The notes under the pieces: model-generated | Seen by the model: the letters and a program-made list of their open reading frames with translations, nothing else | Database searches by the model: none | Told to the model about the DNA's origin: nothing | Translations under genes and position numbers: made by a program | Source: Candidatus Rifleibacteriota bacterium | GTDB lineage: Bacteria > Muiribacteriota > Ozemobacteria > Ozemobacterales > Ozemobacteraceae | DNA: 64,000 bases | Reading direction: 5' to 3' | Assembly: GCA_051747585.1 (NCBI GenBank) | Contig: JBNJGH010000004.1 | Location: 6,852-70,851 of the forward strand | Shown: piece after piece, positions 1-9,135 of the stretch | How positions within the stretch are numbered: the first letter of the stretch is position 1 | Layout of the letters: the number at the start of each line of letters is the position of its first letter

Positions 1-60
1 ACTTTCATTCTACAAAGTGATATTATACCATTACAGTTTATATAGATATAGGAGATTTCT

Positions 61-705
61 ATGGCAGAGTTTAGTTTAAACGCTGAAGTAAGAAACAAAA
101 CAGGCAAAGGCGATGCCAAAAAGCTTAGAGCTAATGGCAGAATTCCGGCAGTAATTTATGGAAAAAAAATTACTCCGGTTCATGTTTCATTGGTCAAATC
201 TGAATTCGACAAAATTGCCAATCGAGCTAACCGAAATTCAATCTACGAAATTAATTTAAATGGCTCTGAAGCACGTGAAGTAATAGTACGTGACTATCAA
301 AAAGATACTTTAACCCATTTTTATACCCATGTTGACTTTCAAGCAATTGACAAAAATGAACCAATTCAGGTCGAAGTTGACCTTGATTTTACCGGCACAC
401 CTATTGGCAAGAAAACTGGTGGAATTTTCACCACTCTTTGCAAACAGGTTCGTGTAGAAGCATTGCCTGAAAAAATTCCTCAGGTAATTGAACTTGACAT
501 TACCAATCTTGATTCTGGTGATTCTTTACATGTTTCCGATATTCCTTCCGCTGAATACAAAGTAATAACTAATCCAAGAGTTGCGCTTTGTCAGATATCC
601 AAGATCAAGGAAGAAGTTGAAGAAGCCGCTGAAGAAGAAGCAACCGGTGAAGAGGCAACTGCAGAAGCAGCCCCTGCAGCAGCAGAACCAAAAGAAGAAA
701 AGTAA
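61..705 (+). CDS. rplY: 50S ribosomal protein L25 / general stress protein Ctc (long form with acidic tail)
   Basis: GKGDAKKLRANGRIPAVIYG and HVDFQ motifs, TL5 C-terminal domain, Glu/Ala tail; GGAG Shine-Dalgarno upstream. Confidence 0.96.
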   Translation: MAEFSLNAEVRNKTGKGDAKKLRANGRIPAVIYGKKITPVHVSLVKSEFDKIANRANRNSIYEINLNGSEAREVIVRDYQKDTLTHFYTHVDFQAIDKNEPIQVEVDLDFTGTPIGKKTGGIFTTLCKQVRVEALPEKIPQVIELDITNLDSGDSLHVSDIPSAEYKVITNPRVALCQISKIKEEVEEAAEEEATGEEATAEAAPAAAEPKEEK

Positions 706-739
706 GAAAATTGTTAAAATTGGAAAAATTGTAATTTAT

Positions 740-787
740 AAAGCCAGATTGATTCTATTGTTTAGAGATCTTTTTGGCTTTTTTATT
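740..787 (+). terminator. Probable intrinsic terminator after rplY
   Basis: aaagccaga...tttggcttt imperfect stem followed by a T-rich run. Confidence 0.55.
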
Positions 788-831
788 TTTCCATGTTCTC
801 GGCTGAAATTTTATAATTCAGGAGTCAGTTA

Positions 832-1341
832 ATGTTAAATTTTGAAGTCGGTTCTCCCATCGTACACCCAATCCACGGAGCGGGAATTCTCAAAAAAATT
901 GATCAAAGGCAGGTGCGAGGAAGACTTTTAAATTACTACGTAATCGATTTTCCTTACAGCGATCTTGGTCAGGTCATGGTTCCGATAGACATGGCCGAAA
1001 AGGTTGGTTTGAGGACAGTCAGTCTTAATAACAGTATTGATACTATTTTCAACTCTCTGAGTGAATCTTTCACCGAAGAAGAAGAAGAAGAAAGCAAAAG
1101 TTTCCATCAAAGATATAGAGACTACCTCGAAAAAATTCAAAGCGGTGATCTTTCTCAGGTAGCCAGAGTTTATCGCCTGCTGTTTAGACGCAGCATGGTT
1201 AAGCCTCTTGGAACCAAAGATAAAGCCCTTTTTGAAACAGCACGTCAACTTCTCGTTTCTGAAATTGTATTTGCCAAAGACATAATTGATGCTGAAGCAA
1301 GAGCTTTGCTTGATGAAGCAATGGAAGGCATGATCTTCTAA
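832..1341 (+). CDS. carD: CarD/CdnL family RNA polymerase-binding regulator
   Basis: F.VG..IVHP.HGAG, VMVP...AEKVGLR, RY...LEKI.SG, L...DK.L.E.AR.LL.SEI CarD signatures. Confidence 0.9.
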   Translation: MLNFEVGSPIVHPIHGAGILKKIDQRQVRGRLLNYYVIDFPYSDLGQVMVPIDMAEKVGLRTVSLNNSIDTIFNSLSESFTEEEEEESKSFHQRYRDYLEKIQSGDLSQVARVYRLLFRRSMVKPLGTKDKALFETARQLLVSEIVFAKDIIDAEARALLDEAMEGMIF

Positions 1342-1357
1342 TTTCAGTTGATATCAA

Positions 1358-1394
1358 CGGTCTCAAAAGCCTGTATTTCAGGCTTTTGAGACCG
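1358..1394. repeat. Perfect 16-bp inverted repeat between convergent carD and dehydrogenase genes
   Basis: cggtctcaaaagcctg-tattt-caggcttttgagaccg; no U-tract on either side. Confidence 0.85.
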
Positions 1395-1450
1395 AGAATC
1401 AACATGATAAGAACACAGCCTCTTATATCACTTATATAGTGGTATGTATT

Positions 1451-2401
1451 TTATTCCAGGCTGTTTACTGCTAAAGCAGGCTTTTCGCCATTCAGGCACT
1501 GCGAAACAGACTCTGCTGTCATTTCAGCCATTTTGTTGCGGGTTTCTATTGTTCCCGAACCAATATGAGGCAATAAAACTGAATTTTTGCATTTCAGCAG
1601 TTCAGAATTCACTTCGGGTTCGTTTTCGAAAACATCACATCCGGCATAAAAGAGATTTCCATTCTTTAATGCACCGGCTAATGCTACTTCATCTATAACA
1701 GGCCCTCTAGCTGTATTAATTAATACCGCAGTGTTTTTCATGCGCTTTAGTTCTTTTTCTCCGATTAGATATCTGGTCGCATCGGTCAGCGGACAGTGCA
1801 AACTTAAAACATCGCTTTCGGCAATCAAGGTTGCAAAACTTACCGCGGGATACGGCAAATGCTGCTTTACCCCTGACCTGGTGTGATACAATATTTTCAT
1901 GCCGAAGGCTTCGGCCCGTTTAGCTACAGCCTGTCCAATTCGCCCCATTCCCAAAATTCCCAGGTTTTTATTTTTTAAATCCAGGCCAAGCAGCAAATCT
2001 GGACGCCAGCCCTCAAATTTTCCGTTTGATAACAGCTGCATCGATTCAGGAGCTCGCCGCATGCACATTAAGATAAGCAACATTGCGGTATCTGCAGTCG
2101 CATCTGTAAGGACATCGGGAGTATTGGCAACAAAAATACCCTTCCTGGTGCACTCTGCAACATCTATATTGTTATATCCTACCGCGTAATTAGCTATTAC
2201 TTTTAAATTTTGGCCAAATTTATCAAGCAATTCACGGTTAATTTTATCAGACAGCATGGTAACAATAGCGTCTGTCCCTACAGCTTCAGCGTAAAATTCT
2301 TCAGCTGTTCGATCAGATGGCATAATTTTAACTTCATAGCCTTGTTGAACAAGTTTATCTAATGCTTTCCCCGGTAGTGGTCTTGAAACTACTATTTTCA
2401 T
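1451..2401 (-). CDS. D-isomer-specific 2-hydroxyacid dehydrogenase (glyoxylate reductase / D-glycerate dehydrogenase type)
   Basis: NYAVGYNNID, NTPDVLTDATAD, GILGMGRIG, INTARGPVIDE, PHIGS motifs. Confidence 0.93.
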   Translation of the reverse strand: MKIVVSRPLPGKALDKLVQQGYEVKIMPSDRTAEEFYAEAVGTDAIVTMLSDKINRELLDKFGQNLKVIANYAVGYNNIDVAECTRKGIFVANTPDVLTDATADTAMLLILMCMRRAPESMQLLSNGKFEGWRPDLLLGLDLKNKNLGILGMGRIGQAVAKRAEAFGMKILYHTRSGVKQHLPYPAVSFATLIAESDVLSLHCPLTDATRYLIGEKELKRMKNTAVLINTARGPVIDEVALAGALKNGNLFYAGCDVFENEPEVNSELLKCKNSVLLPHIGSGTIETRNKMAEMTAESVSQCLNGEKPALAVNSLE

Positions 2402-2541
2402 AATTTTTGCTCCTTAAAAAGTAATTTCCGCGTATCTGATTGTTAAAGCTTCTCACATAAATTAAAGCAAAGAAATGTTTTTTTATAAAAGTTTCAATCT
2501 TGAGTAGAAAAATGCCGACTGTTATTAAAGAACATAAAATT

Positions 2542-3150
2542 ATGAAAAAACAAATCCTTTTTATAACCATAATTCCAGTTGCCTTCTTTCTATCGTGGGG
2601 CCACGCCTTTCTGGCAGAAAAAGACTTCTATAAGTCTCATCAGGCTCCTGTAAGGCCGATGCAGGGAAGAGGCTCAGAAAAGCAATTTTATAAAATGCTT
2701 ACAAAACCGAGCACCTCATACACCACCTGGCTCAAAAAAGGAAAAAATTATATTGGCCGCAAAGAATATGAGCAGGCAATCTTAGCTTTTCGCAAAGCAG
2801 TTAATCTAAGACCTGCAGAAGAAGACGCACGATTTCTCCTTGCCTGGTGCTACGAAAAACGTGGCCAAGAAGGCTTGCCTGGAGACAAAACCAACTGGGA
2901 TAAGCTGGCAGAGATGGAATATGAAAAGGCGGTAAATCTGGCAGACCATCTGCCGTCAAGATTCAATCTTGCAATGCTTTTTAAAAGGCACCGGCGCTTC
3001 CAAAGTGCAAGAGTACAACTTGAACACATTTTATTGATTAGCCACAAATCCGCTCTGGGCAAAAAAGCACAACGGGCTTTGACAGAATTATTTGATCAAG
3101 ATATGCGCCCCAGACATATTTCGGTAGATTTCCCGGAGTATCAGAAATAA
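2542..3150 (+). CDS. Exported TPR-repeat protein (start moved to ATG 2542)
   Basis: MKKQILF... signal peptide; TPR patterns (YEQAILAFRKAVNLRP, ARFLLAWCY). Confidence 0.7.
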   Translation: MKKQILFITIIPVAFFLSWGHAFLAEKDFYKSHQAPVRPMQGRGSEKQFYKMLTKPSTSYTTWLKKGKNYIGRKEYEQAILAFRKAVNLRPAEEDARFLLAWCYEKRGQEGLPGDKTNWDKLAEMEYEKAVNLADHLPSRFNLAMLFKRHRRFQSARVQLEHILLISHKSALGKKAQRALTELFDQDMRPRHISVDFPEYQK

Positions 3151-4874
3151 TGCAGAAAAAGAATTTAAAAATAATTTTTCTTACCATCTCTGTCTGCCTT
3201 GCCGGTTTGTCCTTAAGCAATTTTACAACTGTTGCCGGCGAACAAAACATAGAAACCAGACTATTTAAAAGACTTGAATATGCCGTAAAACAAGGTCGGC
3301 TTATGCAAAGCAAAGCCGATATAAAAAGAGTTTTAAAACTGAATCCCAGACATCCTGGCGCAACCTTCTATGCAGGAAAATATTCTTTAAATAAAAACGA
3401 TTTTAAAAACGCAGAAAAATTTTTGCAAAGAGTAGAAAATCATATTGTTTATGGCTCTGAAGCAAGAAAACTACTTGCTGAAATTAAATTTAGTCGGTAT
3501 CACCGCACTTTCATAGAAAAGCTGAAAGTAGCAATAGATGGTCAGGCATATACTCAAGCCCTGCAACTGTGCGAAAAGCTACTTACTGATTTGCCAGACA
3601 ACAAAGAGATTCTGTTTCTGGCAACTTATGCAGCAACTATGCAGGGGTTTCCCGAAAAAGCAGAAAATTACCTTGAAAAATACAAGAATTCCGATGTTTC
3701 CGTAGCCAAACAGGCTGAGTTAAAGGCATTTGTCGATGGTATATTCAGCATAGGAAGTAATCCGGAAATTGCACTCGAAAAACTTTTCAGCCTATCCGAT
3801 CAAAGGCTTCTGACTATACCGGTGAGAAATAAAATAAAACAATTAATTCTCTCTCTTGGTAACCTCGAAAAATTCGAAGAGTATATCGATCGGGAAAAAA
3901 GTCGATCAGGTGCCAATGTAGCTGCGCTTGAGCGTGAATTAATAGACTTTTATATTCAACAAAAACAATATGATAAAGCAATGGAATTAATAAACCAGAG
4001 ACCTATTGACTCCATTGACGATAATCTTCTTTATTTAAAGCTTCTTATCGAAACAGAAGAAGAAAGAAAAGCTATGCTGTCGGCCAGAAACCTGATCAGC
4101 CGGCACCCTACCGATCTTCGAATTTATAACGCATGGGCCAAAGCCTGGTTAAGCTATGTTAAAAGAAACGCTGAACAACCCCAGGGTGCGGACTCAAGCG
4201 GAAAAAGCTTTGACGCAATGGCCGAAGAAATTCTTGATCGCATTAAGCTCGATAAACTGGTTAATTTAAATCCTCCACTGCTTTTAAGACTTCTTCACCT
4301 GGCAGTCTTGACAGGTTACGATTCAAAAGCCAAAGACGCACGTTTTAATGCTGTTAAAATTGCGTTTAACGAAGAAAATCTTCCCCTGTTGATAGATACC
4401 GTAGAAGGTCTAATTGCTGCAAACCGTTCATCAATAGCTGTCGACCTGCTTGAAAGTGCAAGAAACCAACTGCCTGAAAAGCATGATTTAACAATTAAAC
4501 TGGCAGAAATCTATTTAATGAACAACAACCCGAAAGACGCTGCCAGAATTCTTGAAAATTTACTTATCGAAAAACCGGAAATAATCAGGGCATTTTTACT
4601 CTGGGTAAATTGTCAAACCATTCTCGGAAACTTCAAAGAAGCTGAGCGCCAGATACTCATCAGACTTGCTCAACCTGATATAAACGACCTGGTCAAACGA
4701 CAGCTCGACAATAAACTCGAAGTAGTGAGAATGCAGTCAATGGAGCAACAGCGCCCTCAGGATTACGCGGAAGAAAGCCCGGTTGGTTCTCAAACTGTAG
4801 AAACAACTGAGCCAGAATCAGAAAATACAAACAATATCCCACAGGCTGAGCCTGAAAGCAGTCCCGAACCCTAA
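3150..4874 (+). CDS. Exported TPR-repeat protein, 574 aa, with acidic Pro/Glu tail
   Basis: N-terminal hydrophobic segment, several TPR-like helices, stop/start overlap with the upstream gene. Confidence 0.7.
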   Translation: MQKKNLKIIFLTISVCLAGLSLSNFTTVAGEQNIETRLFKRLEYAVKQGRLMQSKADIKRVLKLNPRHPGATFYAGKYSLNKNDFKNAEKFLQRVENHIVYGSEARKLLAEIKFSRYHRTFIEKLKVAIDGQAYTQALQLCEKLLTDLPDNKEILFLATYAATMQGFPEKAENYLEKYKNSDVSVAKQAELKAFVDGIFSIGSNPEIALEKLFSLSDQRLLTIPVRNKIKQLILSLGNLEKFEEYIDREKSRSGANVAALERELIDFYIQQKQYDKAMELINQRPIDSIDDNLLYLKLLIETEEERKAMLSARNLISRHPTDLRIYNAWAKAWLSYVKRNAEQPQGADSSGKSFDAMAEEILDRIKLDKLVNLNPPLLLRLLHLAVLTGYDSKAKDARFNAVKIAFNEENLPLLIDTVEGLIAANRSSIAVDLLESARNQLPEKHDLTIKLAEIYLMNNNPKDAARILENLLIEKPEIIRAFLLWVNCQTILGNFKEAERQILIRLAQPDINDLVKRQLDNKLEVVRMQSMEQQRPQDYAEESPVGSQTVETTEPESENTNNIPQAEPESSPEP

Positions 4875-4883
4875 GGAGGTTAA

Positions 4884-5030
4884 ATGCTTATTGAAATTTT
4901 CACCAATGGTAAAGTTCTGATCGACGGAAAAGATTCCGGAAAACATTACAAAGCAGAAGAAGTTTTGTATGACTATCTGGTAAAACCTGAAGGTTTTCTC
5001 GGAAAAAAAACCGGCAACAAAACAGCTTAG
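4884..5030 (+). CDS. Small hypothetical protein, 48 aa (not in ORF track)
   Basis: AAGGAGGT Shine-Dalgarno just before ATG 4884; MLIEIFTNGKVLIDGKDSGKHYKAEEVLYDYLVKPEGFLGKKTGNKTA*; followed by a terminator. Confidence 0.75.
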   Translation: MLIEIFTNGKVLIDGKDSGKHYKAEEVLYDYLVKPEGFLGKKTGNKTA

Positions 5031-5037
5031 TTTAATT

Positions 5038-5074
5038 AAAAAAAAATCCCCGAAATCAACGGGGATTTTTTTTT
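5038..5074. terminator. Bidirectional intrinsic terminator
   Basis: A9-tccccg-aaatcaa-cgggga-T9 perfect stem between convergent genes. Confidence 0.9.
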
Positions 5075-5096
5075 CGTTATTAATAATTATTAAAAA

Positions 5097-5915
5097 TCAG
5101 TCTTTTATTTTCTCAAGAAGATAATTATAAAGAAGTTTCCAAGGTTCCTTATCTTTAATCAATCCGGCAACTTTGGCAAAAAGCTTCTGTGCTTCTTCAT
5201 TTTTCCCAAGCTCCTCAAGTATTTCGCCTTTGGTGCATAAAGCCGGCGGATATTCGGGTTCATTTTCAAGAACAAGATTAATTTCTGCCAGAGCTTCATC
5301 ATATTTGCCCAGCTGAAGCAAAGCATCACAATAATTATTCCTGGCTTTGCTGTCATTAGGCCTTATTTCAAGAGTTTGGGCCCATTCCGAAGCGGCAGTT
5401 CCAAAATCACCGACATCGTAACTGGTATTGGCCAGATTATAGTGATAATCCGGATCTTCCGGATCCATTTCTACGGCAATTCTGAATTCGTTAATCGCTT
5501 TTTCGAACTGATTTGTCTGATGATAAGACAACCCAAGATAATGGTGGGTGTCAGCCGCATCAGGGTTAATGTTTGCAGCTTCTTCAAGGGCACGAATTGC
5601 TTCGCGCATAAAGCCTTTTTGATAATGATGATAACCTAAATTAAAGTAAGCATGATCAAAGTCCGGCTTCACTTTTATGGCTTCATGCCAGTAGTGAACA
5701 GCTTTTTCATGCTCATCAAGTTTATAAAAAGTGTTTCCCAGATTATATAAAGCTTTGTAAAAATCCGGGGCGAGATCAAGCGCAGCCTGATACTGTTTTA
5801 TCGCATCTTCATACTGCCTGGATTTAAAATAATGATTACCAAGCTCTTTTAATAGTTCTGGATTTTTTGGATCTGCTTTAACCTGTTCCTTTATCTGTTC
5901 CAATGTCTTCTCCAT
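5097..5915 (-). CDS. Cytoplasmic TPR-repeat protein
   Basis: About seven canonical TPRs (A.YNLGN, A.FNLG, HHYLGLSY, HYNLAN). Confidence 0.88.
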   Translation of the reverse strand: MEKTLEQIKEQVKADPKNPELLKELGNHYFKSRQYEDAIKQYQAALDLAPDFYKALYNLGNTFYKLDEHEKAVHYWHEAIKVKPDFDHAYFNLGYHHYQKGFMREAIRALEEAANINPDAADTHHYLGLSYHQTNQFEKAINEFRIAVEMDPEDPDYHYNLANTSYDVGDFGTAASEWAQTLEIRPNDSKARNNYCDALLQLGKYDEALAEINLVLENEPEYPPALCTKGEILEELGKNEEAQKLFAKVAGLIKDKEPWKLLYNYLLEKIKD

Positions 5916-6058
5916 ATTTAAATTCGCCTATCTTTAAAATACAGTGGGAATACAGAAAGAACTGCTCCTCACTTTTTTTGAAATTTTCCTTGTGGAACCT
6001 TATCTGTAAAGGTATTCTATACCATACAAAATTTAATAGCAAGGATTTAATCGTAGTT

Positions 6059-8323
6059 ATGGGATTTTTTTACGGGAAACTTGAAAAATCAAGCAAATTT
6101 TGCTGGCTTACAATATTGATTATCACTTTTTTACATATCAATTCTTACAGTTTACATGGAATGACTCTCAAAATATGGGATTTTCCCAGATGGCTTGAAG
6201 GAGAAGAAAAGGTGGACCGCTTTTCCTGGATTGGCAAAAAAATCAAAGAATTTGAGCAAAATAATCCCGGAATCAAAGTAGAACTAACTAAACTGACCTG
6301 GTCGAGAGGGCATGAAAAACTTAAAATTGCTGCTCTTGGCGGCAACAATCCCGACATAGCACCCGGAACAATCCCTCTATTATTTATTAAAGAAAATCTC
6401 ATTCAACCAATAAATGAATTTTTAAGCGATAAAGATAAAAAAGATTATCTTCCGGCAGCCCTGGGGGCATTTACCTACGAAAATAAACTGTATGGCTGGC
6501 CATGGTATATGAGTGGGCAACTTTTGTTTATCAATAATGATCTCTTCAAGGATGCAAGAGTAAGACCTCCAAAAAATGGCACCTGGACCAACAAAGAATT
6601 TGTCCAGAAAATGTCGCAAATAAAAAAATATATCGATAACACAAACAAAGATGGTATTCCTCTTTCTCAGCAAGGTTATTATCCCCTGGGAATGTATTTT
6701 CAAAAAAATGAAACGGCCAATTTCCCTTTTTTAATGTCATATGGCGGAAGATTTATATCAGATGATCAGAAGTTTGTTGGCGATCAACCTGCAATGCTCA
6801 AAGGTTTCGCCTGGCTCGAAGAATTGAAGAAAAATGGAATTATTCCTCCTGACAGTGGCGGAAGAACTATGCAGGATATCTGGACCGCCTTTGCCCGTGA
6901 ACATCGAGTAGCAGCTTCCGCTTTTGGCTTATGGGGCATTAAAGGCTTGACGCAAAAGTATCCCATGAATTTTTCCATCGTCAACTATCCTGCTGCTGAA
7001 GGCGTTGAAAGCCAACCTTTTGTCGCCATTTCGGGCTTTTATGTTTTTAAAAACAAAAATAAAGAACGAGTAAAAATGGCAATGAAACTTGCACGTTTTT
7101 TAACTTCAGGCGAGCAGCAAAAAGCACTTGAAAAGTATTCTCAATTTCCTACCAGACTAAGTACCGGAAACATTTACGAAGGTGACCCTCACATGTCTGA
7201 CGCCTTAAAGATATTTCAAAAGGGGCGAACGGTATTTAATGACAGTCGTTGGCCTCAAATTGACGAAGAAATCGAGTATGGAATTCAAAGAACTCTGCTT
7301 GGTCGCACCACCGCCAAAGAAGCTATGAATCGCGCCAGGAAATCAGTAAAAAGAGTTCTCAGCGCTCAATCGGGCTCAATCAAAGAAGACCTCAACAAAG
7401 GCAGCATGTTCGGGCGTATAGTACTTTTTCTTGCCTTTCTCGCTATAATTTTTGCTTTTTTCAGCAAACAAACACATTTAATAATGATTGTGCCCGCTCT
7501 TTCAATTATTGGGCTCTTTTTGTTTTATCCTCTTGCAGATGCTTTTATTATAGCTTTCAGGAACTACAGAATCGGAGAAGTTGGTGGGTTCACTGTGGCA
7601 AACTTCACTCGAGCTTTAACCGATCCCAAATTTACCAGGGCATGTTTTAATACAGTGCTGTATAGCTGCGTTGTAGTGCCCGCAAACACTTTTACCGCCT
7701 TAATTGTTGCCAGCCTTATTTATGCTCTGCACGGCAGAGCCAAGTCTTTTTTCAGAGGAGCTTATTATCTTCCCGGCGTTGCTTCAGTGGTCGTTCTTAC
7801 CATGGTCTGGCGCTGGATATTTAACACTGAAGTCGGACTTGCCAACTCTATCCTGAGATGGTTTGAATTTCAACCGGTTGGCTGGCTGACTGACCCCGAT
7901 ATAGCATTCTGGTCGGTTATCGCCACCGGTGTTTTTAAGTCACCCGGTGGAGCAATGCTTATTTATCTTGCCTCAATGGCCAATATACCTGGTTCGCTAT
8001 ATGAATCAGCTGAACTTGAGGGTGCCGGGCCATTTGCCAAATGGTGGCATATTACTGTGCCACTTCTGCGCGGCACTACCAGCTTTTTAATGATTACCGG
8101 CACCATAACCGCATTACAGGTTTTTGCTCAGGTATTAATGCTTACCGATGGGGGGCCGGGTATTTCGACAGAAGTTGTGGTTCATCGTGTTTATACATCA
8201 GCCTTCAGAGATTTTGATTTTGGTTTGTCTGCAGCAATGGCACTAATTCTATTTCTGGCAATTCTATTGATAACTATTTTTCAACGCAAATTCACCAATA
8301 AAGAAGTGGAGTATCTGGCATGA
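6059..8323 (+). CDS. Fused extracellular solute-binding protein (family 1) plus carbohydrate ABC permease (MalF-like); start moved to ATG 6059
   Basis: Signal peptide, then SBP (IKVEL..LTW, PDI, YGWPWY), then six-TM permease with EAA loop LYESAELEGAG..AKWWHITVPLL; one uninterrupted frame. Confidence 0.88.
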   Translation: MGFFYGKLEKSSKFCWLTILIITFLHINSYSLHGMTLKIWDFPRWLEGEEKVDRFSWIGKKIKEFEQNNPGIKVELTKLTWSRGHEKLKIAALGGNNPDIAPGTIPLLFIKENLIQPINEFLSDKDKKDYLPAALGAFTYENKLYGWPWYMSGQLLFINNDLFKDARVRPPKNGTWTNKEFVQKMSQIKKYIDNTNKDGIPLSQQGYYPLGMYFQKNETANFPFLMSYGGRFISDDQKFVGDQPAMLKGFAWLEELKKNGIIPPDSGGRTMQDIWTAFAREHRVAASAFGLWGIKGLTQKYPMNFSIVNYPAAEGVESQPFVAISGFYVFKNKNKERVKMAMKLARFLTSGEQQKALEKYSQFPTRLSTGNIYEGDPHMSDALKIFQKGRTVFNDSRWPQIDEEIEYGIQRTLLGRTTAKEAMNRARKSVKRVLSAQSGSIKEDLNKGSMFGRIVLFLAFLAIIFAFFSKQTHLIMIVPALSIIGLFLFYPLADAFIIAFRNYRIGEVGGFTVANFTRALTDPKFTRACFNTVLYSCVVVPANTFTALIVASLIYALHGRAKSFFRGAYYLPGVASVVVLTMVWRWIFNTEVGLANSILRWFEFQPVGWLTDPDIAFWSVIATGVFKSPGGAMLIYLASMANIPGSLYESAELEGAGPFAKWWHITVPLLRGTTSFLMITGTITALQVFAQVLMLTDGGPGISTEVVVHRVYTSAFRDFDFGLSAAMALILFLAILLITIFQRKFTNKEVEYLA

Positions 8324-9135
8324 AAAAGTTAAATACAGCACAAAAAATTTCTTTGTTAATACTTTTTCTCGGACTTATACCCACAGCCGGTCCACTTGTA
8401 TGGATGGTGTTCACTTCTTTTGTGTCGCCAGAGGCTCTTACCGCAAATCCGCCGCAATATAACAGCTTTTCGCTTGAAAACTATGCGGTATTGCTCTCAT
8501 CGGGCAGTATAGTTCGCTGGGCTTTTAATTCATTTGTGGTGGCAGCAGCAGTAACCATTGCCCAAACAATTTTTAACTCGCTTGCCGCTTTTGGTTTTTC
8601 TACCGGCCAGTTCAAAGGCAGAGAAAAACTTTTCTGGGTTCTTCTGGCCGCCATGATGGTTCCAGGGCAAATTGTAATGTTGCCTATGTTCTTATTCATG
8701 TCTAAATGGAATCTGATCGACAGTTTGTGGGCTGTAATATTGCCTGCTATGGCCGCGCCATTTGGTATTTACATGATAAGGCAATATATGGACTCTATAC
8801 CCAGGACGCTTTCGCAGGCAGCCCAAATGGATGGAGCAACCGACTTTCAAATATTCCGTCACATATATTTTCCCCTTTCAATGCCAATTATGGCGACCTC
8901 CGGAATTTTTATATTTATCACTCAATGGAATTCATTCTTATGGCCTCTGGTAACTTTAAACACTGAAAAATACTATACTCTGACGGTAGGGCTCTCTACT
9001 TTGCAAGATCAGCAGCTGATGGATTATGGCCTGTTAATGGCGGGCGCAACCCTGGCAGCTGTTCCAATGGTTATGGTTTTCTTTTTCTTCTCGCGCTACA
9101 TGCTTGAAGGAATGCGTCAGGGAGCCATAAAATGA
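8320..9135 (+). CDS. Carbohydrate ABC transporter permease (MalG-like)
   Basis: EAA loop LSQAAQMDGATDFQIF, WNSFLWPL, TLTVGL; 4-nt overlap with the upstream gene. Confidence 0.93.
   Translation: MKKLNTAQKISLLILFLGLIPTAGPLVWMVFTSFVSPEALTANPPQYNSFSLENYAVLLSSGSIVRWAFNSFVVAAAVTIAQTIFNSLAAFGFSTGQFKGREKLFWVLLAAMMVPGQIVMLPMFLFMSKWNLIDSLWAVILPAMAAPFGIYMIRQYMDSIPRTLSQAAQMDGATDFQIFRHIYFPLSMPIMATSGIFIFITQWNSFLWPLVTLNTEKYYTLTVGLSTLQDQQLMDYGLLMAGATLAAVPMVMVFFFFSRYMLEGMRQGAIK

Noticed and set aside
3315..3322. GCCGATAT sigma28 -10 element
   Set aside because: Inside a coding region with no TAAA -35 at the correct spacing
5903..6058. Upstream start of the SBP-permease ORF
   Set aside because: It overlaps the start of the divergent TPR gene and its promoter region; the signal peptide fits ATG 6059
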